From contig CAZKTA010000001.1 in the NCBI GenBank assembly GCA_964555645.1, forward strand, positions 282,263 through 346,262: a stretch of DNA of 64,000 nucleotides, read 5' to 3'. Positions within the stretch are counted from its first letter, which is position 1, and every line of letters begins with the position of its first letter. The translations under genes were made by a program, and so were the position numbers. Below the pieces are notes generated by a model, which was given only the letters and a program-made list of their open reading frames with translations, made no database searches and was not told the DNA's origin. Shown here in pieces: positions 29,052 to 38,303 of this stretch. This DNA comes from an uncultured Verrucomicrobiota bacterium. Lineage in GTDB: Bacteria > Verrucomicrobiota > Verrucomicrobiia > Limisphaerales > DTLC01.

Positions 29052-29831
29052 ATGAGTGAACCAAGCTTTAACAATCAGGCGAATCAAACGATCGATCCGC
29101 GAAACGAAGGTCGTGCACGGTTGCGTGTGGCAATTTTTGTTGTGTTGGGACTTCACCTGGCATTGTTGTCAGGCTTACTAATACTCGGCTGCAAACGTGA
29201 GGAACCAATTCCGCCAGCTGAGCAACCGACGTACACCGCGCCGCTGTTTGAACCTACAAATGTGCCCACGATCCAAACATCTGCGCCGCCGGTGGGGCCT
29301 ACAGTTGTTGAGCCGGTACCGACTGTGCCGACACAACCTGTGCCTGAGTCAGCACCAAGTCCGACCGAATACACGGTTGAATCGGGCGACACGTTCTACA
29401 GCATCGGCAAAAAATTTGGTGTGAGCTATCTTGCCATCGAGGCGGCAAACCCTGATGTTGACCCGCGCAAACTTAGGCCTGGCCAAAAGATAATAATCCC
29501 AGCACAAACAACACCCCATATTTCAACCGGACCAGGTACAGCGCCTGCGCCGACGGCTGTTGGTCAGGAAACAATCTATGTCGTTAAGTCAGGTGATACT
29601 TTGACTAAGATCGCCAGACAATTCGGCGTGACCGTGAATGCAATTAGGCGGGCCAACAACCTCACCACAGACAGGATCAAGGTCGGCGACAAGCTGAAGA
29701 TACCAGCTCGGGCAACCGAACCTACTGCACCGGCGCCTGTTGCGCCAACGCCAACTCCGCAAGGTGGGCAACCGGTGCCAGTTCAACCTTTGGGTGCAAC
29801 ACAGCCTGTGGCCAGCCCAGCCCCGGCTTAG
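29052..29831 (+). CDS. bitopic membrane protein with Pro-rich linker and two LysM domains
   Basis: TM segment RVAIFVVLGLHLALLSGLLILG, a P/T/A-rich linker, then YTVESGDTFYSIGKKFGVS...IIIP and YVVKSGDTLTKIARQFGVT...LKIP. The start is at an internal ATG of ORF 28944..29831. Confidence 0.8.
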   Translation: MSEPSFNNQANQTIDPRNEGRARLRVAIFVVLGLHLALLSGLLILGCKREEPIPPAEQPTYTAPLFEPTNVPTIQTSAPPVGPTVVEPVPTVPTQPVPESAPSPTEYTVESGDTFYSIGKKFGVSYLAIEAANPDVDPRKLRPGQKIIIPAQTTPHISTGPGTAPAPTAVGQETIYVVKSGDTLTKIARQFGVTVNAIRRANNLTTDRIKVGDKLKIPARATEPTAPAPVAPTPTPQGGQPVPVQPLGATQPVASPAPA

Positions 29832-29870
29832 TAGTTTTCAGGTAGTTCAGTTGGTCGGCCAACTTAAGCC

Positions 29871-31037
29871 GTGACACACAACCCGAATATAGCCTTGCGC
29901 TTTGCCGTTGGAGCCATTGTGTTGGCGACGGGTGTGTTATTGTCTTTTGGACTTGTAATGGTCTACAGCACCACCATGGTTCAGTGGGGTACATATTATC
30001 TCACCCGACAGCTTATGTGGGCATTGTTGGGTGTGGGTGTGTGTGTCGTTGCCGCAACGCTTGATTACGCTTTGTTCAAGAAACTTGCGTGGCTGTTGTT
30101 TTTTGCTGCGGTTGTATTTTTGGTGCTTGTGTTGGTGTCGCCTTTGGGTATCGAACGCAATAATGCAAGACGCTGGTTTGGCTACGGCAGAACCTCGCTG
30201 TTCCAACCGTCTGAACTTGCAAAGTTGGCGCTTATCATTCTGCTGGCGTGGTACTGCGACAGGTTCGAACGCCAGATGAAATCATTCCGGCGCGGTTTGC
30301 TTGTGCCCGGGCTGTTGATTGGATTGGTTGGTGGTCTTGTTTTTGTCGAGCCTGACTTTGGTACGGGGATTTTGATCGGCACAATAGGCGGTGCGATGCT
30401 GATTGTTGCCGGGGTGAGCCTTCGGCATGCTGTGCCGTTGGCGCTTTGTGCACTTTTGGGACTTGGAATGTTCGCGTGGCACAACCCGAAGTGCTTTGAG
30501 CGGATAATACCCGGCTGGCTCGATCAAGAGAAAAACAAGGAGGGTGCAGCTTACCAGTCTTACCAGGCGAAACTCGCGATAGGATCAGGTGGCTGGAAGG
30601 GCCTTGGCATAGCCAACGGGGTGCACAAGCTCGGTTTTGTACCCGAGGCACACACGGATTTCATTTTTTCTGTGATTGGCGAGGAAACTGGTCTTATTGG
30701 GACGTTGGGTGTGATAGCGGGTTTCGCAGTATTTGTTGTGAGCGGGATTATAACTGCCAAGTATGCCCGAGACACCTTTGGGACGTTATTGGCTTTTGGT
30801 ATTACGTTTTGGATCGGGTTGCAAGCAGCGATTAATATTGGTGTTGTAACGAGTGCGCTGCCAAACAAGGGACTGCCCTTGCCGCTCATCAGCTACGGCG
30901 GGTCGAATCTTGTTGTTACTCTTTGCAGTGTGGGGATCCTGTTGAGCATCGGGCTGCGTGCGTTGGCTTGCCAGAGTGCCCATTTTGAAGAGGTTGAACC
31001 GGACGAAATTGCTGAACCGGAACTTAGCCGATGCTAG
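29871..31037 (+). CDS. ftsW: SEDS peptidoglycan glycosyltransferase FtsW
   Basis: Polytopic protein with the QPSELAKLALI motif and the PLPLISYGGSN C-terminal motif. Confidence 0.9.
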   Translation: MTHNPNIALRFAVGAIVLATGVLLSFGLVMVYSTTMVQWGTYYLTRQLMWALLGVGVCVVAATLDYALFKKLAWLLFFAAVVFLVLVLVSPLGIERNNARRWFGYGRTSLFQPSELAKLALIILLAWYCDRFERQMKSFRRGLLVPGLLIGLVGGLVFVEPDFGTGILIGTIGGAMLIVAGVSLRHAVPLALCALLGLGMFAWHNPKCFERIIPGWLDQEKNKEGAAYQSYQAKLAIGSGGWKGLGIANGVHKLGFVPEAHTDFIFSVIGEETGLIGTLGVIAGFAVFVVSGIITAKYARDTFGTLLAFGITFWIGLQAAINIGVVTSALPNKGLPLPLISYGGSNLVVTLCSVGILLSIGLRALACQSAHFEEVEPDEIAEPELSRC

Positions 31038-32215
31038 GTGCACGCACACAGTACAGCGTTGCAATTGCCTGCGGTGGCACGGGTGGGCATCTTTTCCCTG
31101 GACTTGCTGTGGCCGAAGAGTTGGGTCGGCTCAACGTTGCTGTATCACTGTTGGTTTCACCCAAGGACGTTGACCAACGCGCTGTACAAGCGGTGCTCGG
31201 GAGGTCTGGGGTGAGTGTTGTAACCCTGCCAGCAGCTGCATTTCAAACCGGCAGCAGAATCGCTTTCATTCGCGGGCTTGTTAGATCGTACCGGCTGGTG
31301 TCGGGTGCATTTCGCAAGACGCCGCCCGTGGCAGTCCTTGCGATGGGCGGTTTTACAAGCGTTGCACCTGTGTTGGCCGGCAGACGCATCGGCGCGCGGG
31401 TGTTTCTCCACGAATCAAACGTTGTGCCGGGACGTGCAAACCAGTTTATTGCGCGGTTTGCTGATGAAGCTTTTCTTGGCTTTGCCGAAGCAGCACAGCG
31501 GCTTAACTGCAGAAAAAAGACCGTCACAGGCACCCCAGTACGAGCTGAAATCACAAGGCGTGACCTCGCCCAAAGTCGTGTTGCGCTTGGGCTTAAGCCA
31601 GACAGCCCGACGGTGCTTGTGATGGGCGGGAGTCAGGGTGCAACAGCGATCAACAATCTTGTGGCGGCTACTGTGGTTGAGATAAATAAGAGGCTTCCGT
31701 CCGTACAGTGGATTCACCTGACCGGGCCGAAAGACCAGGAAAGCCTCAAGGCAATTTATGCGCAGGCCGGCGTCAGGTCCATAGTAATGGCGTTTTGTGA
31801 TAAAATTCATCTTGCGCTGGGGGCGGCCACGGTGGCAGTTAGCCGGGCCGGCGCATCTGCGCTTGCCGAATTTGCAGCAGTGCAACTGCCTGCAATTCTG
31901 ATCCCGTATCCCAAGGCAGCTGGCAACCATCAGTTGCATAACGCGCGTACATTTGAGCGTGCCGGGGCAGCTATTGTTCTTGAGCAACACACTGCAAAAC
32001 CGGAGTTGCTTACGCGGACTGTGACGGAACTTGTTGAGAACACCGAGCTGCAACAAAAAATGCGGGCAGCACTTGGGCAGTTGCACAAGCCAAATTCTGC
32101 GGGTGAGATTGCAGACGCCATTTTGGGTGTTGTTATGCCTAAAGGGCGGTTGGCTTGCGAGTGCATTAGCGCAACTTCACCGCCGCCGAATCAGCATCTG
32201 TCTGTTATGCCGTGA
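31031..32215 (+). CDS. murG: UDP-GlcNAc:lipid I GlcNAc transferase MurG
   Basis: ACGGTGGHLFPGLAVAEEL N-terminal glycine loop and the later HQLHNA motif. Confidence 0.9.
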   Translation: MLGARTQYSVAIACGGTGGHLFPGLAVAEELGRLNVAVSLLVSPKDVDQRAVQAVLGRSGVSVVTLPAAAFQTGSRIAFIRGLVRSYRLVSGAFRKTPPVAVLAMGGFTSVAPVLAGRRIGARVFLHESNVVPGRANQFIARFADEAFLGFAEAAQRLNCRKKTVTGTPVRAEITRRDLAQSRVALGLKPDSPTVLVMGGSQGATAINNLVAATVVEINKRLPSVQWIHLTGPKDQESLKAIYAQAGVRSIVMAFCDKIHLALGAATVAVSRAGASALAEFAAVQLPAILIPYPKAAGNHQLHNARTFERAGAAIVLEQHTAKPELLTRTVTELVENTELQQKMRAALGQLHKPNSAGEIADAILGVVMPKGRLACECISATSPPPNQHLSVMP

Positions 32216-33159
32216 AAGCGTGTGTAACAAGCAAAGCCTTTAGTAGGACACATGCAGCCGAGCTTGCTGCCCAACTGTGCAGCTGTGTATCAGCCAGCAC
32301 TGTGGTGCGGGCGGGCGAACCACTTGCGCTCCACACCACATTGCGGGTTGGTGGACCGGCCGACGTTTACGTTGAGCCAGCTTGCGAGGAGGACCTGAGT
32401 GCTGTGTTGTTGTTTTGTCGTGAACATCATTTGCCGTGGCTGGTGATTGGACGTGGGTCAAACCTTCTTGTCAAAGACGGCGGAGTCCGAGGCGTTGTGA
32501 TTTGCCTGGCAGGGGCGGCATTCAGCAGGATCGAATTGGCCGGGCACCGCCTTGTGTGTGGCGCTGGGGCGAAATTAAGGGCCGTATCGGATGCAGCCAC
32601 AACCCATGGCTTAAGCGGGTTTGAATTTATGGATGGAATTCCGGGTAGCGTTGGGGGCGCGTTGCGTATGAACGCGGGTGCAATGGGTGCATGGACGCTG
32701 GATGTTGTTGAGCGCGTACGATGCATGGGGCGTGATGGCATAGCCAGGGAAGTTACGCGAGCTGAATTGATTGGCGAATATCGTGGGTGCGCGTTTTTTG
32801 ATGAGCACATAGCTTTGAGCGCGGTATTTTGTGGGCAACGAGCCGACCCAGCTCAAATTGCTGAGCGAGTTAGTTTATTCAGGCAAAAACGGTTGCAGAC
32901 ACAGCCTGTTGGGCCGAGTGCAGGCTGCGTTTTCAAGAATCCACACTGCATACCCGCTGGTAGGTTGATTGACGAGCTTGGGCTTAAATGCACGCGCATA
33001 GGCGGTGCATACGTGTCTGATAAACATGCGAATTTCATCCTTACAGACCAAGGTGCAACGGCAACAGACGTACTTAGGTTGATCGAGTTGATCAGGGAAC
33101 GCGTCAGGTCGGAACGCGGTATTGAATTGGAGCCCGAGGTGCGGGTTGTGGGTGAGTAG
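32212..33159 (+). CDS. murB: UDP-N-acetylenolpyruvoylglucosamine reductase
   Basis: LHTTLRVGGPADVYVEP, GRGSNLLV and FKNP patterns. Confidence 0.9.
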   Translation: MKACVTSKAFSRTHAAELAAQLCSCVSASTVVRAGEPLALHTTLRVGGPADVYVEPACEEDLSAVLLFCREHHLPWLVIGRGSNLLVKDGGVRGVVICLAGAAFSRIELAGHRLVCGAGAKLRAVSDAATTHGLSGFEFMDGIPGSVGGALRMNAGAMGAWTLDVVERVRCMGRDGIAREVTRAELIGEYRGCAFFDEHIALSAVFCGQRADPAQIAERVSLFRQKRLQTQPVGPSAGCVFKNPHCIPAGRLIDELGLKCTRIGGAYVSDKHANFILTDQGATATDVLRLIELIRERVRSERGIELEPEVRVVGE

Positions 33160-33220
33160 AGGTGAGCAACGTTTGGCTTCGCAGTGCTGGTGGTTTTGCA
33201 AGCTACAGACATGGTGTCAG

Positions 33221-34144
33221 ATGCACGAACGGCTTAACATAACTGTGATGCTTGGCGGCCCGAGCGCCGAACGCGAGATCTCGCTTCGCTCGGGTGCTGC
33301 AGTGGCGCAGGCATTGCGCTCTTTGGGGCATACAGTGCACGAGCTCGACCCGAAGGACGCCTCTTGGGTTTTGCCAGTTGGTACGGACGTGGTTTTTTTG
33401 GCGTTGCACGGTACATATGGCGAAGATGGCACAGTGCAACAGTCTCTCGATGCACTTGGAGTGCCATATACCGGCTGTGACGCGGAGGCAAGTCGGGTTG
33501 CGTTTGATAAATTGCTTGCAAAACAACGATTTGTTGCCGCTGGTGTGCCTACGGCAAGGTACACTACGGTTACTTCGCCCGAGGCGAGCTGGCCGATAGG
33601 ATGGGATCCGCCTGTGGTGCTGAAGCCGGTCAGACAAGGCTCAAGTGTGGGGCTACAGTTTGTCGAGCGTGTATCTGATTGGGCTGGAGCGTTAAGTGAA
33701 GCTTTCCGGCACGACACGCAGGTGTTGGTTGAGGAAAAAATCACAGGCCGTGAAGTAACAGTTGGGATTTTAGGTGAGCAACCTTTGCCGATTGTTGAAG
33801 TGCGGCCGAAGTCGGGGCGGTACGATTATCGCAGCAAATACACCATAGGTGCAACCGAGTATTTGTGTCCTGCACCTTTTGATGCGGAAGCGACCGCCCG
33901 TATTCAGTCTGTCGGCCTGGCTGCGTTTAGGGCGATCGGCGGGCGCGATTACGCCCGTGTTGACATGATGGTAACGTCAGACGGGCAACCTGTTGTTCTG
34001 GAGGTAAACACGTTGCCGGGAATGACGGAGACAAGCTTGTTGCCGAAAGCAGCAGCAGCAGCAGGGATTTCTTATGCCGAGTTATGCGAGCGGATGGTTA
34101 AGCTTGCATTGAGGCGTGCGCCGGCTGTTAAGTGCAGTGGTTAA
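33221..34144 (+). CDS. ddl: D-alanine--D-alanine ligase
   Basis: ITVMLGGPSAEREISLRSG, VLKPVRQGSSVG and LEVNTLPGMTETSLLP. The start is at an internal ATG of ORF 33122..34144. Confidence 0.9.
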   Translation: MHERLNITVMLGGPSAEREISLRSGAAVAQALRSLGHTVHELDPKDASWVLPVGTDVVFLALHGTYGEDGTVQQSLDALGVPYTGCDAEASRVAFDKLLAKQRFVAAGVPTARYTTVTSPEASWPIGWDPPVVLKPVRQGSSVGLQFVERVSDWAGALSEAFRHDTQVLVEEKITGREVTVGILGEQPLPIVEVRPKSGRYDYRSKYTIGATEYLCPAPFDAEATARIQSVGLAAFRAIGGRDYARVDMMVTSDGQPVVLEVNTLPGMTETSLLPKAAAAAGISYAELCERMVKLALRRAPAVKCSG

Positions 34145-34249
34145 AAACTGTTTGGCCGAGCGTGCGCTGCTGGAGATGCAATTGAGGTGGATTGTGTGGT
34201 TTTTGATGTAGGTCAAGAATGTTTGCTGAAAGGTGATGGGTTTTGAGCG

Positions 34250-35218
34250 ATGTGGTTTTTCAGGAACAAACAATCAAACCGGCGTTTAGGCAGGCGCGAG
34301 TTGCTTGATGTGAAGGCGCGTTCAGCCGCGGTACGACGGAGGCGGCTGCATTGGAGTGCGGTCGCGTTTGGTTTATCTATTGGGACGGTCTTATTTGGGT
34401 ATTTAGCTTGGCAGACAGTTAACTGGTCACTCGAGAGGTTTGTTTACCAAAACCCGGCCTATGCGATTAACCGGATTGACGTTTACACCGACGGCGTAAT
34501 TTCGCCTGAACAAATCCGGCTTTGGACGGGTGTCAGGCCAGGGCAAAATCTGCTTGCCCTGGACCTTTCGGCTGTCAAGAGGAACCTGGAACGAGTGCCG
34601 CATGTTAAGGTGGCAGCAGTCGAGCGTGTATTGCCCCACACGTTGCGGATTCGTGTAATCGAACGCGAACCGTTGGCTGTTGTTTACTTGCCGCAACAGC
34701 GTGCGTCAGGTGGATTTGAAATGCAGGCACTGTTTCTGGATGAGGACGGCTATGTACTTCCACCGCTTGGCAAATCGCAATGTGTTGGGCCCAGTGCGCA
34801 ATTTGCCGAGCAGTACCCGGTAATTTTGGGTATTAAGCCTGCGGAACTTGCGCCGGGTAAACGCCTTGACCTGAGCACGCACAGAAATTTGAAAGCCGCG
34901 TTGGACTTGATCGTCGCATTCGACCGGTCGCAAATGGTTGGTTTGGACAGCCTCCAGTGCATTGACATTTCGTCTGCAGATGTGCTGGAGGTTACAACAC
35001 AGCAAGGGGCTAAAATCACTTTTCCAGTTTCAGGGCTCGCCAGGCAATTGCGGCGTTGGCGCGAGATTTACGAGCTTGGTCAACGACTTGGCCGCACGAT
35101 TGCATCGGTTGACCTGGCTGTATCGGATAACATCCCGGTGCGGTGGGCCAATGCGCGGCCAAACTCGGCTGGCCAGGAGCAACCAAAACAAAACCACACA
35201 AGCAAGCGCGATGTTTAA
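34250..35218 (+). CDS. ftsQ: cell division protein FtsQ (POTRA)
   Basis: N-terminal TM followed by the POTRA-like segment INRIDVYTDGVISPEQIRLWTGVRPGQNLLALDLSAVKRNLE. Confidence 0.7.
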   Translation: MWFFRNKQSNRRLGRRELLDVKARSAAVRRRRLHWSAVAFGLSIGTVLFGYLAWQTVNWSLERFVYQNPAYAINRIDVYTDGVISPEQIRLWTGVRPGQNLLALDLSAVKRNLERVPHVKVAAVERVLPHTLRIRVIEREPLAVVYLPQQRASGGFEMQALFLDEDGYVLPPLGKSQCVGPSAQFAEQYPVILGIKPAELAPGKRLDLSTHRNLKAALDLIVAFDRSQMVGLDSLQCIDISSADVLEVTTQQGAKITFPVSGLARQLRRWREIYELGQRLGRTIASVDLAVSDNIPVRWANARPNSAGQEQPKQNHTSKRDV

Positions 35219-36437
35219 TCAAAAACCGATCATTGTCGGACTCGAGATCGGCACATCAAAAGTGTGTGCTGCAGTGGGCGAGTTTGATCCTGAATTATCT
35301 AGCCTGAAGATAATCGGCTTAGGTCAAGCATGTTCACGCGGTGTGCGCAAGGGCGAAATTGTTGACCCTGAACTGGCCGAAGAAGACATTCGCGCTGCTA
35401 TTGCGCAGGCTGAACAGATGGCAGATGTCGAGGTGCGTAGTGTTGTGTTGGGGGTGACTGGTAGTCACCTGCGCGCGCAAAACAATCGCGGTCTGCACCC
35501 GATTTTTTCCGCCGATCGCGTGATTACCGAAGATGACGTTCAGCACGTCATCAAGAATGCGAAGGTGGTGAATCTGCCTGCGCAAGACGTGATTGTGCAC
35601 ACGATTCGGCAACATTTTTTTGTAGATGGGCAGGGTGGCATTTCGAATCCAGTCGGTATGCTTGGTACAAAGCTGGAAGTCGAGATGCATGTCATGCACG
35701 GTAACCAAAATAGACTCCAAAATGCAATTCGCGTCGTCAAAGGGCTTCAGCTTGAGGTCGAGGACATTGTGTTCAACGGACTTGCTTCTGCGCTTGCCCT
35801 ACTGACAAATGAAGCCAAGGAACTGGGCGCGCTGGTCATAGACATTGGCGCGGGCACGACAGATTACGCACTGTATGCGCAAGGTGTTATCAGGCACACA
35901 GGCGTAATTGCAGTTGGAGGCGACCATTTGTCGAACGACATAGCCATCGGATTGCGCGTGCCACTGAGCCGGGCCGAACAATTGAAAATTGAGTGCGGGG
36001 CTGCGCTGGTCGATGATGAATGCAGAGGCAAAACGATCTCCATCAAGAACGGCGACGGTACACCTCTGAGGACCATCAGCCTTGAAAACCTGCGCACGAT
36101 AATGGCGTTGCGTGTGGAGGAAATCTTTCAGATCGTGGCGGAGCAGTTGCATGAGGCCGGGTTGTTGGATTACCTGCGCGCGGGCGTGTTTTTGTGCGGG
36201 GGCGGCGCGCGAATCCCGAATGTGACAACGGTTGCCGAGCGAATTTTCCAGGCACCCGCGCAAATTGGCCGCGCCAACGCAATCAACGGGTTGATTTCGA
36301 CCCTTGACCAGCCAGAATTTGCAACAGCGATCGGTCTTCTGAAGTTTGGATCGTTCAAGCACAAGGGAGACACCTATAAGGCAAGTTTGTCCACCGGGCT
36401 TAAGGGCACAATAAGTCAGTTATTTCGCAGGCTTTAA
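35211..36437 (+). CDS. ftsA: cell division protein FtsA
   Basis: IIVGLEIGTSKVCAAVGE, VIDIGAGTTDYALY and FLCGGGARIP actin-fold motifs, plus the amphipathic C-terminus GLKGTISQLFRRL. The longer ORF 34938.. overlaps ftsQ and is rejected. Confidence 0.9.
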   Translation: MFNQKPIIVGLEIGTSKVCAAVGEFDPELSSLKIIGLGQACSRGVRKGEIVDPELAEEDIRAAIAQAEQMADVEVRSVVLGVTGSHLRAQNNRGLHPIFSADRVITEDDVQHVIKNAKVVNLPAQDVIVHTIRQHFFVDGQGGISNPVGMLGTKLEVEMHVMHGNQNRLQNAIRVVKGLQLEVEDIVFNGLASALALLTNEAKELGALVIDIGAGTTDYALYAQGVIRHTGVIAVGGDHLSNDIAIGLRVPLSRAEQLKIECGAALVDDECRGKTISIKNGDGTPLRTISLENLRTIMALRVEEIFQIVAEQLHEAGLLDYLRAGVFLCGGGARIPNVTTVAERIFQAPAQIGRANAINGLISTLDQPEFATAIGLLKFGSFKHKGDTYKASLSTGLKGTISQLFRRL

Positions 36438-36452
36438 GGTGCGTTGCTTCAA

Positions 36453-37766
36453 ATGAGCACACAAGACAAACAACACGTGGTTCAGCAGCAGACCCAGCAT
36501 AGCGGCGAAATGCAGGTACGTTTTTTTGTAATTGGACGCGCAGGTGTTGCCATTGCTGAAGAACTGATTAGCCGCGGCTTCAACCCAAACAACTTTGTCG
36601 CAATCTATCGTGGCGATGCCTTACCTGCCAGTTCGCCCGTTTTGCAAAAGGTCGTCTTGCCGGTTGCACCACCCCCAAACACGTTGGGGTGGGAATCTCC
36701 GGAAGTACAGGACCGGGTCAAAGCGCAACTCGGTGGGAGTAACTTTGTGTTTGTTGTCGCGGCGCTTGGTGGATTGACAGGACGCGAGGTTGCGCCTGTG
36801 GTTGCGAAGCTTGCAAAAGACATGGGTCATATTGTGTTTGGATTTGTCACGTTACCGTTCGATTGCGAGGGTAGCTTACGTCAGAGTAGAGCGTGTGCGG
36901 CGCTGCAATTGTTGAAAAACTGTGCAGATGGTGTGCTTTGTTTACACAATCAAAAGCTTTGGAAATTGATCCCCGAAAACATGCCGTTGCCAAGTACATT
37001 CAAAATCTCAGGTGCATTATTGGCCGACGCAATCCACGGGTTTTGGCGGATGCTTGTGTGCAAGGGACTGATTGACGTTCACTTGAGCGAGTTGTGTATG
37101 GTGATTGGCGGACCGGACAACCATACTGCGTTTGGCGTTGCGGATGTATCGGGACAGAACCGCGCTCGTAAAGCAGTCGAAAAACTTTTGGCAAACCCGA
37201 CGCTGGATTCTGGGCAGGCGCTGCGTCAGGCCGAAGCTGTTGTTGTGGGGGTATTTGGCGGAGCGGACCTTGCGATGGCTGAGGTTAATTCAGTTGTTGA
37301 GCAAATCGGGCGGCATTGCCCGAACGTTCCTGTCATAACCGGCGCAGCTATTGACGAGTCGCTGGGTTCAAGGTTGGTGCTGGTGTTGTTTGCCGGACGG
37401 AGCCTCGGCAGGCCTGCGTGCGCAATGGCAACGCAAACGGCCGGTTCAACTTCAGCTTCAAATCTGGCGGTCACATCGCAAACGGCGGACCTTGAATTGT
37501 ATTTGATTCAGTCAAGTACAAGCCAACGACCGCATTCACGTGCCATACCGCCGCCGCCGGAACTGACGCAGGAAAAAATGCAGGAGTTACTTTCCAAGCA
37601 AAGCCTCAAAGGCCCAGCTGCAAAAATCCCGGTCAAATTGCGTCAGGGCCAGTTAAAGCTCGAGATAATCTCTAAAGGCAGGTTCGACAAAAGCGAACCA
37701 ACGATTTACAAGGGCGAAGACCTGGATCTGCCAACGTACTTACGGCGCGGTGTGCGGCTGAATTGA
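36453..37766 (+). CDS. ftsZ: FtsZ homolog with degenerate GTP-binding and GTPase motifs
   Basis: Colinear by eye with FtsZ (VFVVAALGGLTGREVAPVVAKLAKDMGHIVFGFVTLPFDCEG). Its C-terminal EDLDLPTYLRRG resembles the FtsA-binding peptide. It is the last gene of the dcw cluster. Confidence 0.8.
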   Translation: MSTQDKQHVVQQQTQHSGEMQVRFFVIGRAGVAIAEELISRGFNPNNFVAIYRGDALPASSPVLQKVVLPVAPPPNTLGWESPEVQDRVKAQLGGSNFVFVVAALGGLTGREVAPVVAKLAKDMGHIVFGFVTLPFDCEGSLRQSRACAALQLLKNCADGVLCLHNQKLWKLIPENMPLPSTFKISGALLADAIHGFWRMLVCKGLIDVHLSELCMVIGGPDNHTAFGVADVSGQNRARKAVEKLLANPTLDSGQALRQAEAVVVGVFGGADLAMAEVNSVVEQIGRHCPNVPVITGAAIDESLGSRLVLVLFAGRSLGRPACAMATQTAGSTSASNLAVTSQTADLELYLIQSSTSQRPHSRAIPPPPELTQEKMQELLSKQSLKGPAAKIPVKLRQGQLKLEIISKGRFDKSEPTIYKGEDLDLPTYLRRGVRLN

Positions 37767-38303
37767 GGCTGAAAGAGAGCTTCCATTTGAATTTTTAACC
37801 GGTTTTACATTCTACTCTACGTGTTTTTCATCTTTTTTGTCTACAGGTGGCAAGCCTTGTGGGCTTTCGGCGTTTGACAATTTGACTTGCAGTGCCAAGG
37901 GTGGTCGGATTCATTAACCACTCGCTGATTTACTCTATGGTCGAGTGGCTGAAGCTGCGCGTTGGGATAAAGTCGGGATAAATGTAGGGTGTCCGATATT
38001 TTTGCGTGGTTTTGAATGTTTGTGGCATGGCAGGTTTGTTCATGAGATGCCCAGGCAACCATGGGTCGTTTGCTGTTGATGTTCGGTTTGAGATTGCCCC
38101 GCGCTGCATCGCGCGGCGCTCGGAAAGCGCTTCCACAAAACTGCGAGTTCGTGCGAGTTGGCTTCGAAACTGGCCTAAGTGCGCCGGGGAGTGCAGGCAA
38201 AACTTTCAGGTTTGACCGAATGAACACCTATTCTGGTTGATTTCTGTCGGGCAAGTCTACATTCTTGCGCAAAAAACAGACTCGCAAAAAACTAAACCCG
38301 TTT

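Noticed and set aside
34938-35210. N-terminal 91-aa extension of the ftsA ORF in the ORF track
   Set aside because: The extension overlaps the ftsQ coding frame. FtsA family similarity begins at MFNQKPIIVGLEIGTSK (ATG at 35211), giving the usual short ftsQ/ftsA overlap.
37841-38227. 128-aa minus-strand ORF in the ftsZ-isomerase spacer
   Set aside because: Composition looks random (K/P/N/R/H/C-rich). There is no TM segment, no motif and no obvious ribosome-binding context. I could not support it as a gene, so the spacer remains unexplained.
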